DNA from: Oligoflexia bacterium
Lineage (GTDB): Bacteria > Bdellovibrionota > Bdellovibrionia > JABDDW01
Assembly: GCA_043732305.1 (NCBI GenBank)
Contig: JAYTHU010000033.1
Coordinates: 1 to 41,452, forward strand
DNA length: 41,452 bases
Reading direction: 5' to 3'
Below the pieces are notes generated by a model, which was not told the origin of the DNA, made no database searches, and was given only the letters and a program-made list of their open reading frames with translations. Numbering within the stretch: the stretch's first letter is position 1; each line of letters begins with the position of its first letter. Positions 18,022 through 27,136 of this stretch are shown here, one piece after another. A program made the position numbers and the translations under genes.

Positions 18022-19692
18022 ATGGAAATCTATCAGCATCTCATCACATTGTTTGCGGGCATCAGTATTTTTATGTTTGGGATGAATCTCGCATCCGACA
18101 ACTTGCAGATCCTAGCTGCGGACAGCCTCCGCGCCATCATGGCTAAACTTTCTAAGCATCGCATATTCGCTATTATTGGCGGTGTGTTACTTACTGTGAT
18201 TCTGCAATCTTCTGGCGCAGTCACGGTCATGCTGGTGAATCTCGCAAGCGCAGGTGTGGTCAATCTCACTCAAGTCATGGGCGTCATTGTTGGAGCGGCT
18301 ATCGGAACCACGGTCACGGTTCAACTGATCTCTTTTGATATCACACGTTTTGCTCTCTACATTTTGATCACCGGCTATTTGATTTTGTTTTTGTCGAATC
18401 AGAAAAAAAGCAAGAGCATTGGAACTGTGATTTTTGGTTTTGGTATGATTTTCTACGGTCTTCTGCTCATGGGACAAGCGGTCGAAATTGTAAAAGAGGC
18501 GCAAACTTTCAGAGTGGCGTTTCAATATTTAAGTGAAAACCCACTCATTGCTTTTGTGGCGGCAACCGCGTTCACTGCGTTAGTGAGTTCTTCTGCGGTG
18601 ACGATTGGTCTGGCTATGACTTTGGCTGCAAGTCACGTCATCACTCTGCATGAAAGTTTATTTTGGGTGATAGGTGCAAACTTAGGAACAACCGCCACCG
18701 CGCTTTTTGCGAGCACAAAATCTAAGAATGAGGGCAAGCAAGTTGCTTGGGCCCATTTTTTCTATAAGGCCGCTAGCGCCATTTTACTTTTAATTTTTAT
18801 TCAGCCCTTTGAATTCTTTATTGCCAGAATGACAACGCAAGCCACCCATCAAGTTGCAAACGCTCACACGATGTACAATATCTTTTCAGCTGTTATATTT
18901 TATCCACTCATTGGATTCGCCGTGGCGCTGATCGAGCGCATGTTGCCAAAACCAGAATCAGAAAAAGAATTCGGCGCAAAATATCTTGATCCTGACGCTC
19001 TCAAGGATCCACCACTTGCATTTGCCAACGCGGTGAGAGAGATGCTTCGAATGGCTGAGTACACTCAAGAATTGGTTGAGCTTTCGATCGGAGCTTTTGC
19101 AAAGGACAGTCCCGATCTCATAGGTGATTTGCATTTCATCGATCAAAAGATCGACACGCTCAATCGCGAAATAAAAAGTTATCTGGTTCGTCTGACTTAT
19201 GAAAACCTTTCCGAAGGTCAAAATGGAAGAGTGGTTGGACTTATTGCGCTTGTGAGTGACATTGAAAATATTGGTGATGTGGTTGATAAAAATATTTTAC
19301 TTCTGGCACAGAAAAAATCTGACTTGAAAGTTACATTTAGTGATCAAGGTTGGAAAGACGTGACTCACTTTCATGAGTTGGTTGTGAAGAATTTCTCTCT
19401 TGCCATTTCCGCTTTCAGTACCGGGAGCAAAGAGCTTGCGCAAAAAGTCATCACTAACAAACATGATCTTAGAATTTTAGAACAGAAGCTTCGCGAAGCG
19501 CATATTTTACGGCTTCATTTGAAAATGCAGGAAAGTCTCAACACAAGTAACATTCACATGGATCTGCTTTCAGCGTTTCGTCGCGTGAATAGTTATGCGT
19601 GCAACCTTGCATATCCTGTTTTGTTCGGTGACCTGCGAGCTTTTGAATCGGTCGCCATTTTCCCTGTCAAACCGGATTCGTCGCAAGATTAA
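18022..19692 (+). CDS. Na+/phosphate cotransporter (NptA/YjbB family) with PhoU-like C-terminal domains
   Basis: QSSGA and SSSAV repeats, GANLGTT, multiple TM helices, helical soluble tail with DIENIGD. Confidence 0.92.
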   Translation: MEIYQHLITLFAGISIFMFGMNLASDNLQILAADSLRAIMAKLSKHRIFAIIGGVLLTVILQSSGAVTVMLVNLASAGVVNLTQVMGVIVGAAIGTTVTVQLISFDITRFALYILITGYLILFLSNQKKSKSIGTVIFGFGMIFYGLLLMGQAVEIVKEAQTFRVAFQYLSENPLIAFVAATAFTALVSSSAVTIGLAMTLAASHVITLHESLFWVIGANLGTTATALFASTKSKNEGKQVAWAHFFYKAASAILLLIFIQPFEFFIARMTTQATHQVANAHTMYNIFSAVIFYPLIGFAVALIERMLPKPESEKEFGAKYLDPDALKDPPLAFANAVREMLRMAEYTQELVELSIGAFAKDSPDLIGDLHFIDQKIDTLNREIKSYLVRLTYENLSEGQNGRVVGLIALVSDIENIGDVVDKNILLLAQKKSDLKVTFSDQGWKDVTHFHELVVKNFSLAISAFSTGSKELAQKVITNKHDLRILEQKLREAHILRLHLKMQESLNTSNIHMDLLSAFRRVNSYACNLAYPVLFGDLRAFESVAIFPVKPDSSQD

Positions 19693-19794
19693 TCTCTTAC
19701 CTCACTCCTCACATTAATATGTCATATTCTGTTATAATTTTTACTTTAACGCGGCTTGTTTTGCATGCTCATCGACTAATAATAGCCTCTCCGC

Positions 19795-19810
19795 TGGAAC
19801 ACTAACTGCA
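19795..19810 (+). promoter_or_regulatory. Sigma54 (-24/-12) promoter candidate
   Basis: TGGAACACTAACTGCA, GG-N10-GC, 30 bp upstream of the S41 gene. Confidence 0.5.
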
Positions 19811-19840
19811 TTGAATTCAAGTGGATGAGGGAAAATCAAA

Positions 19841-21148
19841 ATGTTCAATAATCTTGGCAGAGCAATCGCCTTGCTCATTTTGTGTTGGGGTATGTCAGCT
19901 TTAGCTGGCTCGGCGTCTACCTATTGGAAGAGTTCTTCCTTGAATCGCTATTTTTTACATTTCTGGGTGAACAATTTTGACTGCAGTAAAGACAGACGTT
20001 CTATTCTTGCCTGTTATGAAGCGATGAGTGTTTTTTCCCAGGAAGTGAATTCTCTTTATGTTTTAGTTCCAGAAAATTTTCTTTCCCAGCATTCGGCCGA
20101 TTTTTATGACGTGAAGTCGGTTTCTAAAGGTTTCCATCTCACAGTTTCAAGAAAAGGAAATTTATCGAAGGCCGATCGTTTGCTGGTTCAGGATGCTGTC
20201 AGCAAATCTCCCCCTTTGGATTTCGATGCGTTGAGAGCCGCGCTTTTTAACTTCAAACCTGCAAATGAAAAAGTTTTAGCGGCCAAAGTTTACAATGCTT
20301 ATTTGGCCCAATATTTTGATCCACACACTCAGATTGTTCCTACGGCTTACATTGCTCAAGAAGTCGTGGTTACAAAACCATTACCCGTAAAAATAATTAA
20401 AGCGCTTGGCAAAAATTGGGCCTATTTCAAATTAGAAGATTTTATCGATAAAAATGGGTGCAACACTCTCAAAACTTCAATAGCAAATATTTCCGATGCT
20501 TCCGGAATAATTTTGGATTTGGCTGGAAATCAGGGGGGGGATTTAGAACAGGCGATCTGCGTTGCCGGACTTTTCCTCGGACGCGGCCAACTTGTAGTGA
20601 AACTCAGAAATATTCAGAATGGCGAGATGGATGAACGGCTCACAAATGAAGATAGCGTGACTGTTCTGCCGATGGTCACTTTAGTTGACGGCCTTTCAGC
20701 GAGTGCTTCAGAAATTGTTGCCGGAGCACTTCAAGACCATGACCGTTCATGGATTGTCGGAGAGCGAACTTTCGGCAAAGGCACTCGTCAGACTCGACAA
20801 TATTTTATGGCCAACGATCACGGGATATTTTTGGATGCTATTTTTGCGACAGATATTTTATTTTACAGCACGACTTCAGTTTTCTTTCAGCCGTCTGGAA
20901 GCACCAATCAACTCAATGGCATTGAACCAGAGTTTAATCTGACCTCAGGTAAAATTTTTACTCGAGAAGGGGATCTCAGTACCAATCCCATATTGCAGAT
21001 TGCGCCGGCACATCAGCCGCGCCGAATCTCCATAGTCGCAAAAATTAAAGAATGTTTGGCCAAAGAATATTCCGTCGCTGCAGTCTTAACAGGATCTTTA
21101 TTAGAAATATCTGAAAGAATATTGAATTGTGAGGGATCGATTTTTTAG
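19841..21148 (+). CDS. Secreted S41-family (CtpA/Prc-like) peptidase lacking a PDZ domain
   Basis: Signal peptide (ALA); DPHT; IILDLAGNQGG; SASASEIVAGALQD; GERTFGKG. Confidence 0.88.
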   Translation: MFNNLGRAIALLILCWGMSALAGSASTYWKSSSLNRYFLHFWVNNFDCSKDRRSILACYEAMSVFSQEVNSLYVLVPENFLSQHSADFYDVKSVSKGFHLTVSRKGNLSKADRLLVQDAVSKSPPLDFDALRAALFNFKPANEKVLAAKVYNAYLAQYFDPHTQIVPTAYIAQEVVVTKPLPVKIIKALGKNWAYFKLEDFIDKNGCNTLKTSIANISDASGIILDLAGNQGGDLEQAICVAGLFLGRGQLVVKLRNIQNGEMDERLTNEDSVTVLPMVTLVDGLSASASEIVAGALQDHDRSWIVGERTFGKGTRQTRQYFMANDHGIFLDAIFATDILFYSTTSVFFQPSGSTNQLNGIEPEFNLTSGKIFTREGDLSTNPILQIAPAHQPRRISIVAKIKECLAKEYSVAAVLTGSLLEISERILNCEGSIF

Positions 21149-21180
21149 GGAAAATCTTGAACAAAAGGGATGAGGGGAAT

Positions 21181-22281
21181 TTGAAAATTAGATTTTTGAA
21201 TATTTCAATGAAAACTACATGTTTCTGTATCGTGAGTGTGTTTTTTCTAGCTTCGCCGAGTTTTGCTAAAGTCATTTATTTTTTTGATGTCGACAACACG
21301 TTGATCGAAACCAGGGAAGAATACTCCGGAAGTTTCCAGACAGATATTGAACTTTATAGAGTCAATAGTCGTCAAAACATGCTGCAAAATTCGATTGGAT
21401 CATTGCCTGATGTGCTCGTTGTGAGTGCCGCGGATTTAGAAAGACTTAAAAAGTATCTCGGGAAAAATGAGAATGAACCAGGAATGATCGGGAAGAAAAT
21501 CACTTTGCTCGATGGGCGAATCGTTGAGCCTGCCAATTATTTTCTACGTCCCGGAATGTCTTTTAAGAATTATCGCTCGGCAAATTTAAATGGAAAAAAA
21601 GGAAATAATTTCCAAGAAGATTTAATCTCTGCCATGAAAGTTAAGCCTTCAGCTTGGAAAGGACCGGCTTGGGAACTCTGGCGTACTAGACTCAGCAATG
21701 CAGAGACCGCACAGAACACCGGCACTCTCACGATTCGCGATCAAGAAGATGAAATGCGTGAAACTTTTAAAGACCTTAAAGGAAAAGCTATACTACTCAA
21801 TGAGCCCAATCCTAAGTTTTTAATAAACTTAGGAAGTGCGAAATGGGATCAGTTCACGATCAAACATGGGGAAGAAGACAAGCATTTTGGTAAAGAACAG
21901 TTTTTAGAAGAGTTTATTCGAAAACTTGGAATCGTCGAGCTGACAAGTGAAAACACAATCCTTGATCCGGACGGAAAAGTATCTACGCCCTATCATTATT
22001 TAGTTTTTGTCGACGATAACCAAAAAACTCTAAATAAAGTGGCTGCACTTTTCCAAAAATATTCTCAAGCAAAATTCTTTAACATTAAATTTGGTTTAGT
22101 GAACACGGGAACGAAAACTGAGATCCGTGAATCCGGGCGACCAGTATTTTCAGTGGTGACTTCCTTTGGAACATTTAGACCGGCAAGGTCAGAGGAGATC
22201 GCCGGCACTGAATTTTCTAACAGTGAAGCGTCTCAATGTCTGAATGCTCTCAATCGATTGGTTACAACAAAGGGGAGATAG
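21181..22281 (+). CDS. Secreted HAD-superfamily phosphatase
   Basis: Signal peptide ending PSFA; motif I FFDVDNT, candidate motif II LTIR, Lys in FGKE, motif IV FVDDN; start uncertain (TTG 21181 or ATG 21208). Confidence 0.75.
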   Translation: MKIRFLNISMKTTCFCIVSVFFLASPSFAKVIYFFDVDNTLIETREEYSGSFQTDIELYRVNSRQNMLQNSIGSLPDVLVVSAADLERLKKYLGKNENEPGMIGKKITLLDGRIVEPANYFLRPGMSFKNYRSANLNGKKGNNFQEDLISAMKVKPSAWKGPAWELWRTRLSNAETAQNTGTLTIRDQEDEMRETFKDLKGKAILLNEPNPKFLINLGSAKWDQFTIKHGEEDKHFGKEQFLEEFIRKLGIVELTSENTILDPDGKVSTPYHYLVFVDDNQKTLNKVAALFQKYSQAKFFNIKFGLVNTGTKTEIRESGRPVFSVVTSFGTFRPARSEEIAGTEFSNSEASQCLNALNRLVTTKGR

Positions 22282-22282
22282 T

Positions 22283-24337
22283 ATGGGGTTCAAGGGGTTT
22301 GTTTTCTTTTCGCTAGCGATAATGTTTGCCGGGCCTTCAGTGATGGCCATGCCTTCCGGAGTGCCTGGAAATTGTGTGAATGAATTGCTCAAAATTTATT
22401 CCACACCATCGGTTGCTGCCAGCAGGATTATGGCTTTTTTTAATGTGACGCCGGAAGAGTTGGGATTAATTGCTGAGTTCAAAGAGAATGGGTGGCTTGC
22501 AGCAGTTCCAGTAGAAACTGTCATCGCACTTATAAAAGAAAAAGCACCCGATAAATATGTAAAAGGAATGAATCAGCTCCTGCATATTTATTTCGAATTT
22601 TCTAAAGAGCGTGGTGTTACTCCGCAAATTTCAGACCTCAACGCCATTTTAGCTAGACATTCTTCAGGAATAAATATTGCTGATTTAATCGGCGACGGCT
22701 TAGCATTAAAAAATCTGGATGATCTTCATACCAAGGCGCTAGATCGTCATCCCACAATTAAAAATGCACTCAACTCAAGTTATTCATCTCCGGAAATAAG
22801 AGCTAAAATAGAAGCCGCCATCAAAAGTGCTGAAGTGATTTATGTCACCTCAGCAGTGAATGGTGCTCCTGTTGAACGAGAGGCGCTTGAGGCACTTCTT
22901 AATATGGCTAAACTAAATAAGGGTGTTGTGTTAATTCGTCCTGTGAATTTAAGCACCGATGCGCTCGATCCCCTTTTGCGAGAAGCCGCAAATCAAAATC
23001 CCAATGTCTTCATCTCAATAGATGAGATCCGCCTAAATCAATGGTGGAATATCAATGACATTAAAGTGATGGGAAAACAAATCAACACCTTACAAGGAAC
23101 GCAAGCTCGCTGGGAACGGGGAGTGAACCAAATCATTTCTGCACCAAGGATTGAACTTGAAACGGTTGCAACTGGCGACAATGTCATCACTCCACACAGA
23201 GTTATGACCACTGGAGCAATCACGCAGCCAGATTATCGCGGCAACAAATGGATTCAAGGTCGCACGGACAAATTAGCAAAAGATCTGCATTCCATTGGAG
23301 TTTTGGTATTAGAGAAAACTCAGTTTGACGGAAAAACTTTTGGGCTTCCCGTTTCTGGAAATTTTCATCCTCGTCATATTCAGTACACCTCCGAAGCAAA
23401 AGGCTTTGTTGATTTAGGAGTTCTTTACACTGGTACTTCGGCTAAAAGTATTTCCATCGAAGCTTTAGTTTTAGGCGATATCCACGTTCAAGATACAGAT
23501 CCTCGTTTGCTGATTTCCATTCGGGAGGCCATCGACAGATTTCATCCTAAAATTATTGTGGCGCATGACTTGATGAATGGCACTTCGGTGAATCCTCATG
23601 AGAAAGACCAAAAAGCGTCTCTCATGAATAAAGCGTCCCAAGGTTTGCTGGATGTGGTTCGAGAATTATCTCAAGTGGCCAATTTTATAAACGCGCTATT
23701 GGAGCTCGACCCAAGTCTGCAAGTTTTAATCGTCAGGTCCAATCATCCTGATTGGTTGGGTCGTTGGGTAGAGGGAAGTTATCTTCAGTCACCGCAAAAT
23801 CAGGCCATTTACAACGAATTGCAAAATCTAAAAGCGCAAGGTGGCGATGTTTTTGAATACGCACTCGTTCATGGAGTTGGCGGAAGTGTGACTATCAACA
23901 AGTACAAACGAGTGATCTTTTCTCGCGGCAGTTACAAAGTTGGACCTGCCGGCAATCAAATTGAGCTTGGATTTCATGGCGATAAAGGTGCGAACGGTGC
24001 AAAAGGCTCCATACAATCTTTTGCCCGCGGCCTCGAAAGGGTTGTTTACGGTCATACACACACTACAAGAATCAAAGAAGGCGCGATCAATGTTGGCACT
24101 TCCACAACTTTGGAGCTTCCCTACATGATCGGTGGTCTGAGCAGTTGGAGTCAGTCGATGCTACTCGTTGGTAATTACGGGGATGCTCAAATGATTATCA
24201 ACGAAGGTGGAGAGCTTTATGCCCCTGAAAGTTACAAGCCTAACGTCAATTTCTTCATGAAGAGTTACCCGAAAATTATCCCTACGATCCAACCAAGGGA
24301 TGCTGGTCCTGGGCAGATTGATCAGTATTCGAGATGA
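22283..24337 (+). CDS. Secreted calcineurin-like metallophosphoesterase resembling phage T5 A1 protein
   Basis: GGGGAG RBS; signal peptide; GDIH, HD, SNH, FHGD, GHTH; further blocks VTSA.N, MTTGAIT.P.Y, HGDKGANGAKGS, VGTS..L..Y…SSWS recalled from the phage A1 family. Confidence 0.8.
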   Translation: MGFKGFVFFSLAIMFAGPSVMAMPSGVPGNCVNELLKIYSTPSVAASRIMAFFNVTPEELGLIAEFKENGWLAAVPVETVIALIKEKAPDKYVKGMNQLLHIYFEFSKERGVTPQISDLNAILARHSSGINIADLIGDGLALKNLDDLHTKALDRHPTIKNALNSSYSSPEIRAKIEAAIKSAEVIYVTSAVNGAPVEREALEALLNMAKLNKGVVLIRPVNLSTDALDPLLREAANQNPNVFISIDEIRLNQWWNINDIKVMGKQINTLQGTQARWERGVNQIISAPRIELETVATGDNVITPHRVMTTGAITQPDYRGNKWIQGRTDKLAKDLHSIGVLVLEKTQFDGKTFGLPVSGNFHPRHIQYTSEAKGFVDLGVLYTGTSAKSISIEALVLGDIHVQDTDPRLLISIREAIDRFHPKIIVAHDLMNGTSVNPHEKDQKASLMNKASQGLLDVVRELSQVANFINALLELDPSLQVLIVRSNHPDWLGRWVEGSYLQSPQNQAIYNELQNLKAQGGDVFEYALVHGVGGSVTINKYKRVIFSRGSYKVGPAGNQIELGFHGDKGANGAKGSIQSFARGLERVVYGHTHTTRIKEGAINVGTSTTLELPYMIGGLSSWSQSMLLVGNYGDAQMIINEGGELYAPESYKPNVNFFMKSYPKIIPTIQPRDAGPGQIDQYSR

Positions 24338-24400
24338 CGGCTCGCCGCTAAGCCAACTTCAGAAAAGTGGCCTAGTTTCATTATATTGCGCCAGGTATTC

Positions 24401-24430
24401 TTGACTTTCCTTGAGCGTTCCGGTTAATCT
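24401..24430 (+). promoter_or_regulatory. Sigma70-type promoter for the zapA operon
   Basis: TTGACT-N18-TAATCT. Confidence 0.55.
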
Positions 24431-24449
24431 TTGGATAGGGAGATTAACC

Positions 24450-24854
24450 GTGAATCGAGATCAAGAGACTAAAGCAAATGTACCTAGAGTATTCGATGTT
24501 TCTATCGCAGGAATACCGCTCAAGCTGAAGTCAGATAAAGATCCTGAATCCGTAAAAAAGTTAATTTCTTATGTCGATCAAAAAGTCCAAGAAGCGCTGC
24601 CAGCTACTAAAAGTGGCTCAGTTCAAAATGCTGCTCTTCTTGCTCTTTTAAATTTGGCAGACGAACACTTCGGGCTGAAGGCTAACGCTCTGAATCAGCT
24701 CGAAAAATTTGAGAAGAAGACTCTGAAAATAATTGAAGATTTAGAGTCAACAAAAGCATCGGGAAAAACAGGAAATAAATCGAGTGGCTCCAACAACAAC
24801 ATTAGCAACAGCGATAACTTGATCGCCACGCAAACGAAGCCGCTGGATATATAA
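24450..24854 (+). CDS. zapA: Cell division protein ZapA
   Basis: GTG at 24450 after GGGAG; VSIAGIPLKLKSD…YVDQKV…ALLALLNLADE; sits before 5-FTHF cyclo-ligase and rny. Confidence 0.9.
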   Translation: MNRDQETKANVPRVFDVSIAGIPLKLKSDKDPESVKKLISYVDQKVQEALPATKSGSVQNAALLALLNLADEHFGLKANALNQLEKFEKKTLKIIEDLESTKASGKTGNKSSGSNNNISNSDNLIATQTKPLDI

Positions 24855-24927
24855 TTGAAAACACTTATGAGAACACAACAAAACAGTTTTCCCCTTCTCA
24901 AAAAATAATCAGAGCCTAATTTACGGT

Positions 24928-25578
24928 GTGATTGTGCTTAGTTCTATGGTCTCGAAAAATTTATGGCGAAACAAAATGTTGGATATCCGCTCGCAACTAG
25001 GACCGGATAAAGCCAGTAAGTTTAACCGTGACCTCTGCAAAAATATTCTGTTTGTTCTCGCCGAAGGCGGGGGCTTAGTCAGCACTTCAAATCGTGATGT
25101 GAATGCCCGTCCTCTTTGGGCCAGTTACAAAAGCTTCCGTTGGGAAGCTGACCCCACACAATCTGTTTTCGACTCAACTCAATCTGTCCGTTGGGCTTAT
25201 CCTCGAATTATAAATAATAGTGAAATTCAGTTTTTAGTTCCCTTTGAGAAAGATGCTATGTGGCTGAAGAATTCTTGGGGGCTTTGGGAGCCAGATCTGC
25301 GTACTGCGGAAGTGGCTGAAGTGTCTTCTTTAACAGGTATTTTGGTACCAGGTGTGGCTTTTGATCGGAAGGGTCATCGCTTGGGATATGGAAAAGGTTT
25401 TTATGATAGGAGTCTGGCCGATTATACCGGACTCAAGGTTGGGGTTTGCTTCTCCGTGCAAGTCGCGGACGAGGTTTTGCCATTTGATGAAAAAGACGTT
25501 TTGATGAACTACATCGTGACAGATAACGAGATTTTAAAAGTTCAGCAAGGCGATAAAGAAACGAGGAGTTTGGTATGA
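24928..25578 (+). CDS. ygfA: 5-formyltetrahydrofolate cyclo-ligase
   Basis: WGLWEP, LVPGVAFDRKGHRLGYGKGFYDR; start uncertain (possibly 24946). Confidence 0.93.
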   Translation: MIVLSSMVSKNLWRNKMLDIRSQLGPDKASKFNRDLCKNILFVLAEGGGLVSTSNRDVNARPLWASYKSFRWEADPTQSVFDSTQSVRWAYPRIINNSEIQFLVPFEKDAMWLKNSWGLWEPDLRTAEVAEVSSLTGILVPGVAFDRKGHRLGYGKGFYDRSLADYTGLKVGVCFSVQVADEVLPFDEKDVLMNYIVTDNEILKVQQGDKETRSLV

Positions 25579-27113
25579 GTGTAATGGTAATAATATTTGC
25601 AGTGTTAGGCGCTGCAATTGGAGCTGGTGCGGCGATTTTTATAAAAAAGAATTTCGAAACCAAGAAATTAAAATCTGCTGACGATCAAGCTAAAGCAATG
25701 ATCAACAAGGCGCGCGAGCAGGCCAATGTCATCGATTTGCAAGCTCGTCAAAAAGCGAAGCAGATAGAACAGACTGCTCAACGTTTGCAACAAGATTTGG
25801 AACGGGACAATCGTCGTCGTGAAAGCGATGCCCAGAAAATGGCCGTCGAGTCCGACAGAAGATTGAAAGAAAAAGAAGGTCAGTATCAGCAAAAACTTGA
25901 GAGTGTTGATCACAAAGAAAAGCGCTTAAAGGAATTAGAAGAAAAAAATCATACAATAGAAAAACAACTTCAAGATAAACTCGAGCACATTTCTTCTCTT
26001 ACTCGCGATGAAGCTAAGAAAACTTTGATTGAATCTTTAGAGGGCGAAGCCAAGATGGACGCCGCCAAAAGTATCAAAATTATCGAAGAAGATGCAAAGC
26101 AAGAAGCAGAAAAGCGCGCCACAAAAATTATTGCATTGGCCATTGGTCGATACGCTGGAGAATATTCGTCTGCTAGGACGGTGTCCGCCATTGTTCTTCC
26201 CAGTGAAGAAATGAAGGGCCGAATTATCGGTCGTGAAGGTAGAAATATCAGAGCACTTGAAGCTGTCACTGGAATGGACATCATCATCGATGACACTCCT
26301 GAATCCATTATCGTTTCTGGATTTGATCCTGTCAGACGCGAGATTGCGAAAATGACCATTGAAGGTCTCATGCAAGATGGAAGAATTCATCCTTCTCGTA
26401 TTGAAGAACTTGCTGAAAAATCTCGGCAGATACTAATGAAAAATATGAAAGACGACGGCGAAAAGGCAATGTTTGATTTAGGTGTGCACGGTGTGCACCC
26501 TGAAATTGTCAGACTGATCGGTTCACTTAAATATCGAACCAGTTACACCCAGAGCAATTATTCTCACTCCATCGAAGTTGGATTTTTGGCCGGCATGATG
26601 GCCGGAGAACTTGGACAAAACGTCAAGGCTGCCCGTCGCGGTGGTCTCCTTCATGATTTGGGTAAAGCGCTCGATCACAATATTGAAGGAAGTCACGCGG
26701 TCATTGGTGCGGAATTTGCTAAAAAATATGGTGAGTCTGCAGAAATTGTTCACGCCATTCGTGCCCATCATGAAGATGAGAAGCCAAATTCAATTTTAGC
26801 TCACTTGGTTCAATCCGCCGATGCACTTTCTGGTGCTAGACCCGGAGCAAGACGTGAAGTCATGCAGAGTTATGTGAATCGTCTGGAAGATCTGGAAACC
26901 ATTGGAAATAGTTTTGACGGAGTCATTCGAACTTTCGCTATCCAAGCAGGACGTGAAATCCGCGTGATGGTTGATAGTGAAAAGGTAACTGACGAACAAA
27001 GTTTGATGCTCAGCCGAGATATCGCGCGCAAGATCGAAAAAGAAATGACCTATCCTGGTCAGATCAAAGTGACTGTGCTGCGGGAAACTCGAGCCGTCGA
27101 TCACGCCCGATAA
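25575..27113 (+). CDS. rny: Ribonuclease Y
   Basis: N-terminal TM, coiled coil, KH ([12 protein letters not shown]), HD (LLHDLGK), [12 protein letters not shown]. Confidence 0.97.
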   Translation: MSVMVIIFAVLGAAIGAGAAIFIKKNFETKKLKSADDQAKAMINKAREQANVIDLQARQKAKQIEQTAQRLQQDLERDNRRRESDAQKMAVESDRRLKEKEGQYQQKLESVDHKEKRLKELEEKNHTIEKQLQDKLEHISSLTRDEAKKTLIESLEGEAKMDAAKSIKIIEEDAKQEAEKRATKIIALAIGRYAGEYSSARTVSAIVLPSEEMKGRIIGREGRNIRALEAVTGMDIIIDDTPESIIVSGFDPVRREIAKMTIEGLMQDGRIHPSRIEELAEKSRQILMKNMKDDGEKAMFDLGVHGVHPEIVRLIGSLKYRTSYTQSNYSHSIEVGFLAGMMAGELGQNVKAARRGGLLHDLGKALDHNIEGSHAVIGAEFAKKYGESAEIVHAIRAHHEDEKPNSILAHLVQSADALSGARPGARREVMQSYVNRLEDLETIGNSFDGVIRTFAIQAGREIRVMVDSEKVTDEQSLMLSRDIARKIEKEMTYPGQIKVTVLRETRAVDHAR

Positions 27114-27136
27114 AAAGAACACGGATAGAACAGACA

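Noticed and set aside
19841..24337. Prophage as the source of the phage-like genes
   Set aside because: No integrase, structural or replication genes; all three proteins carry signal peptides
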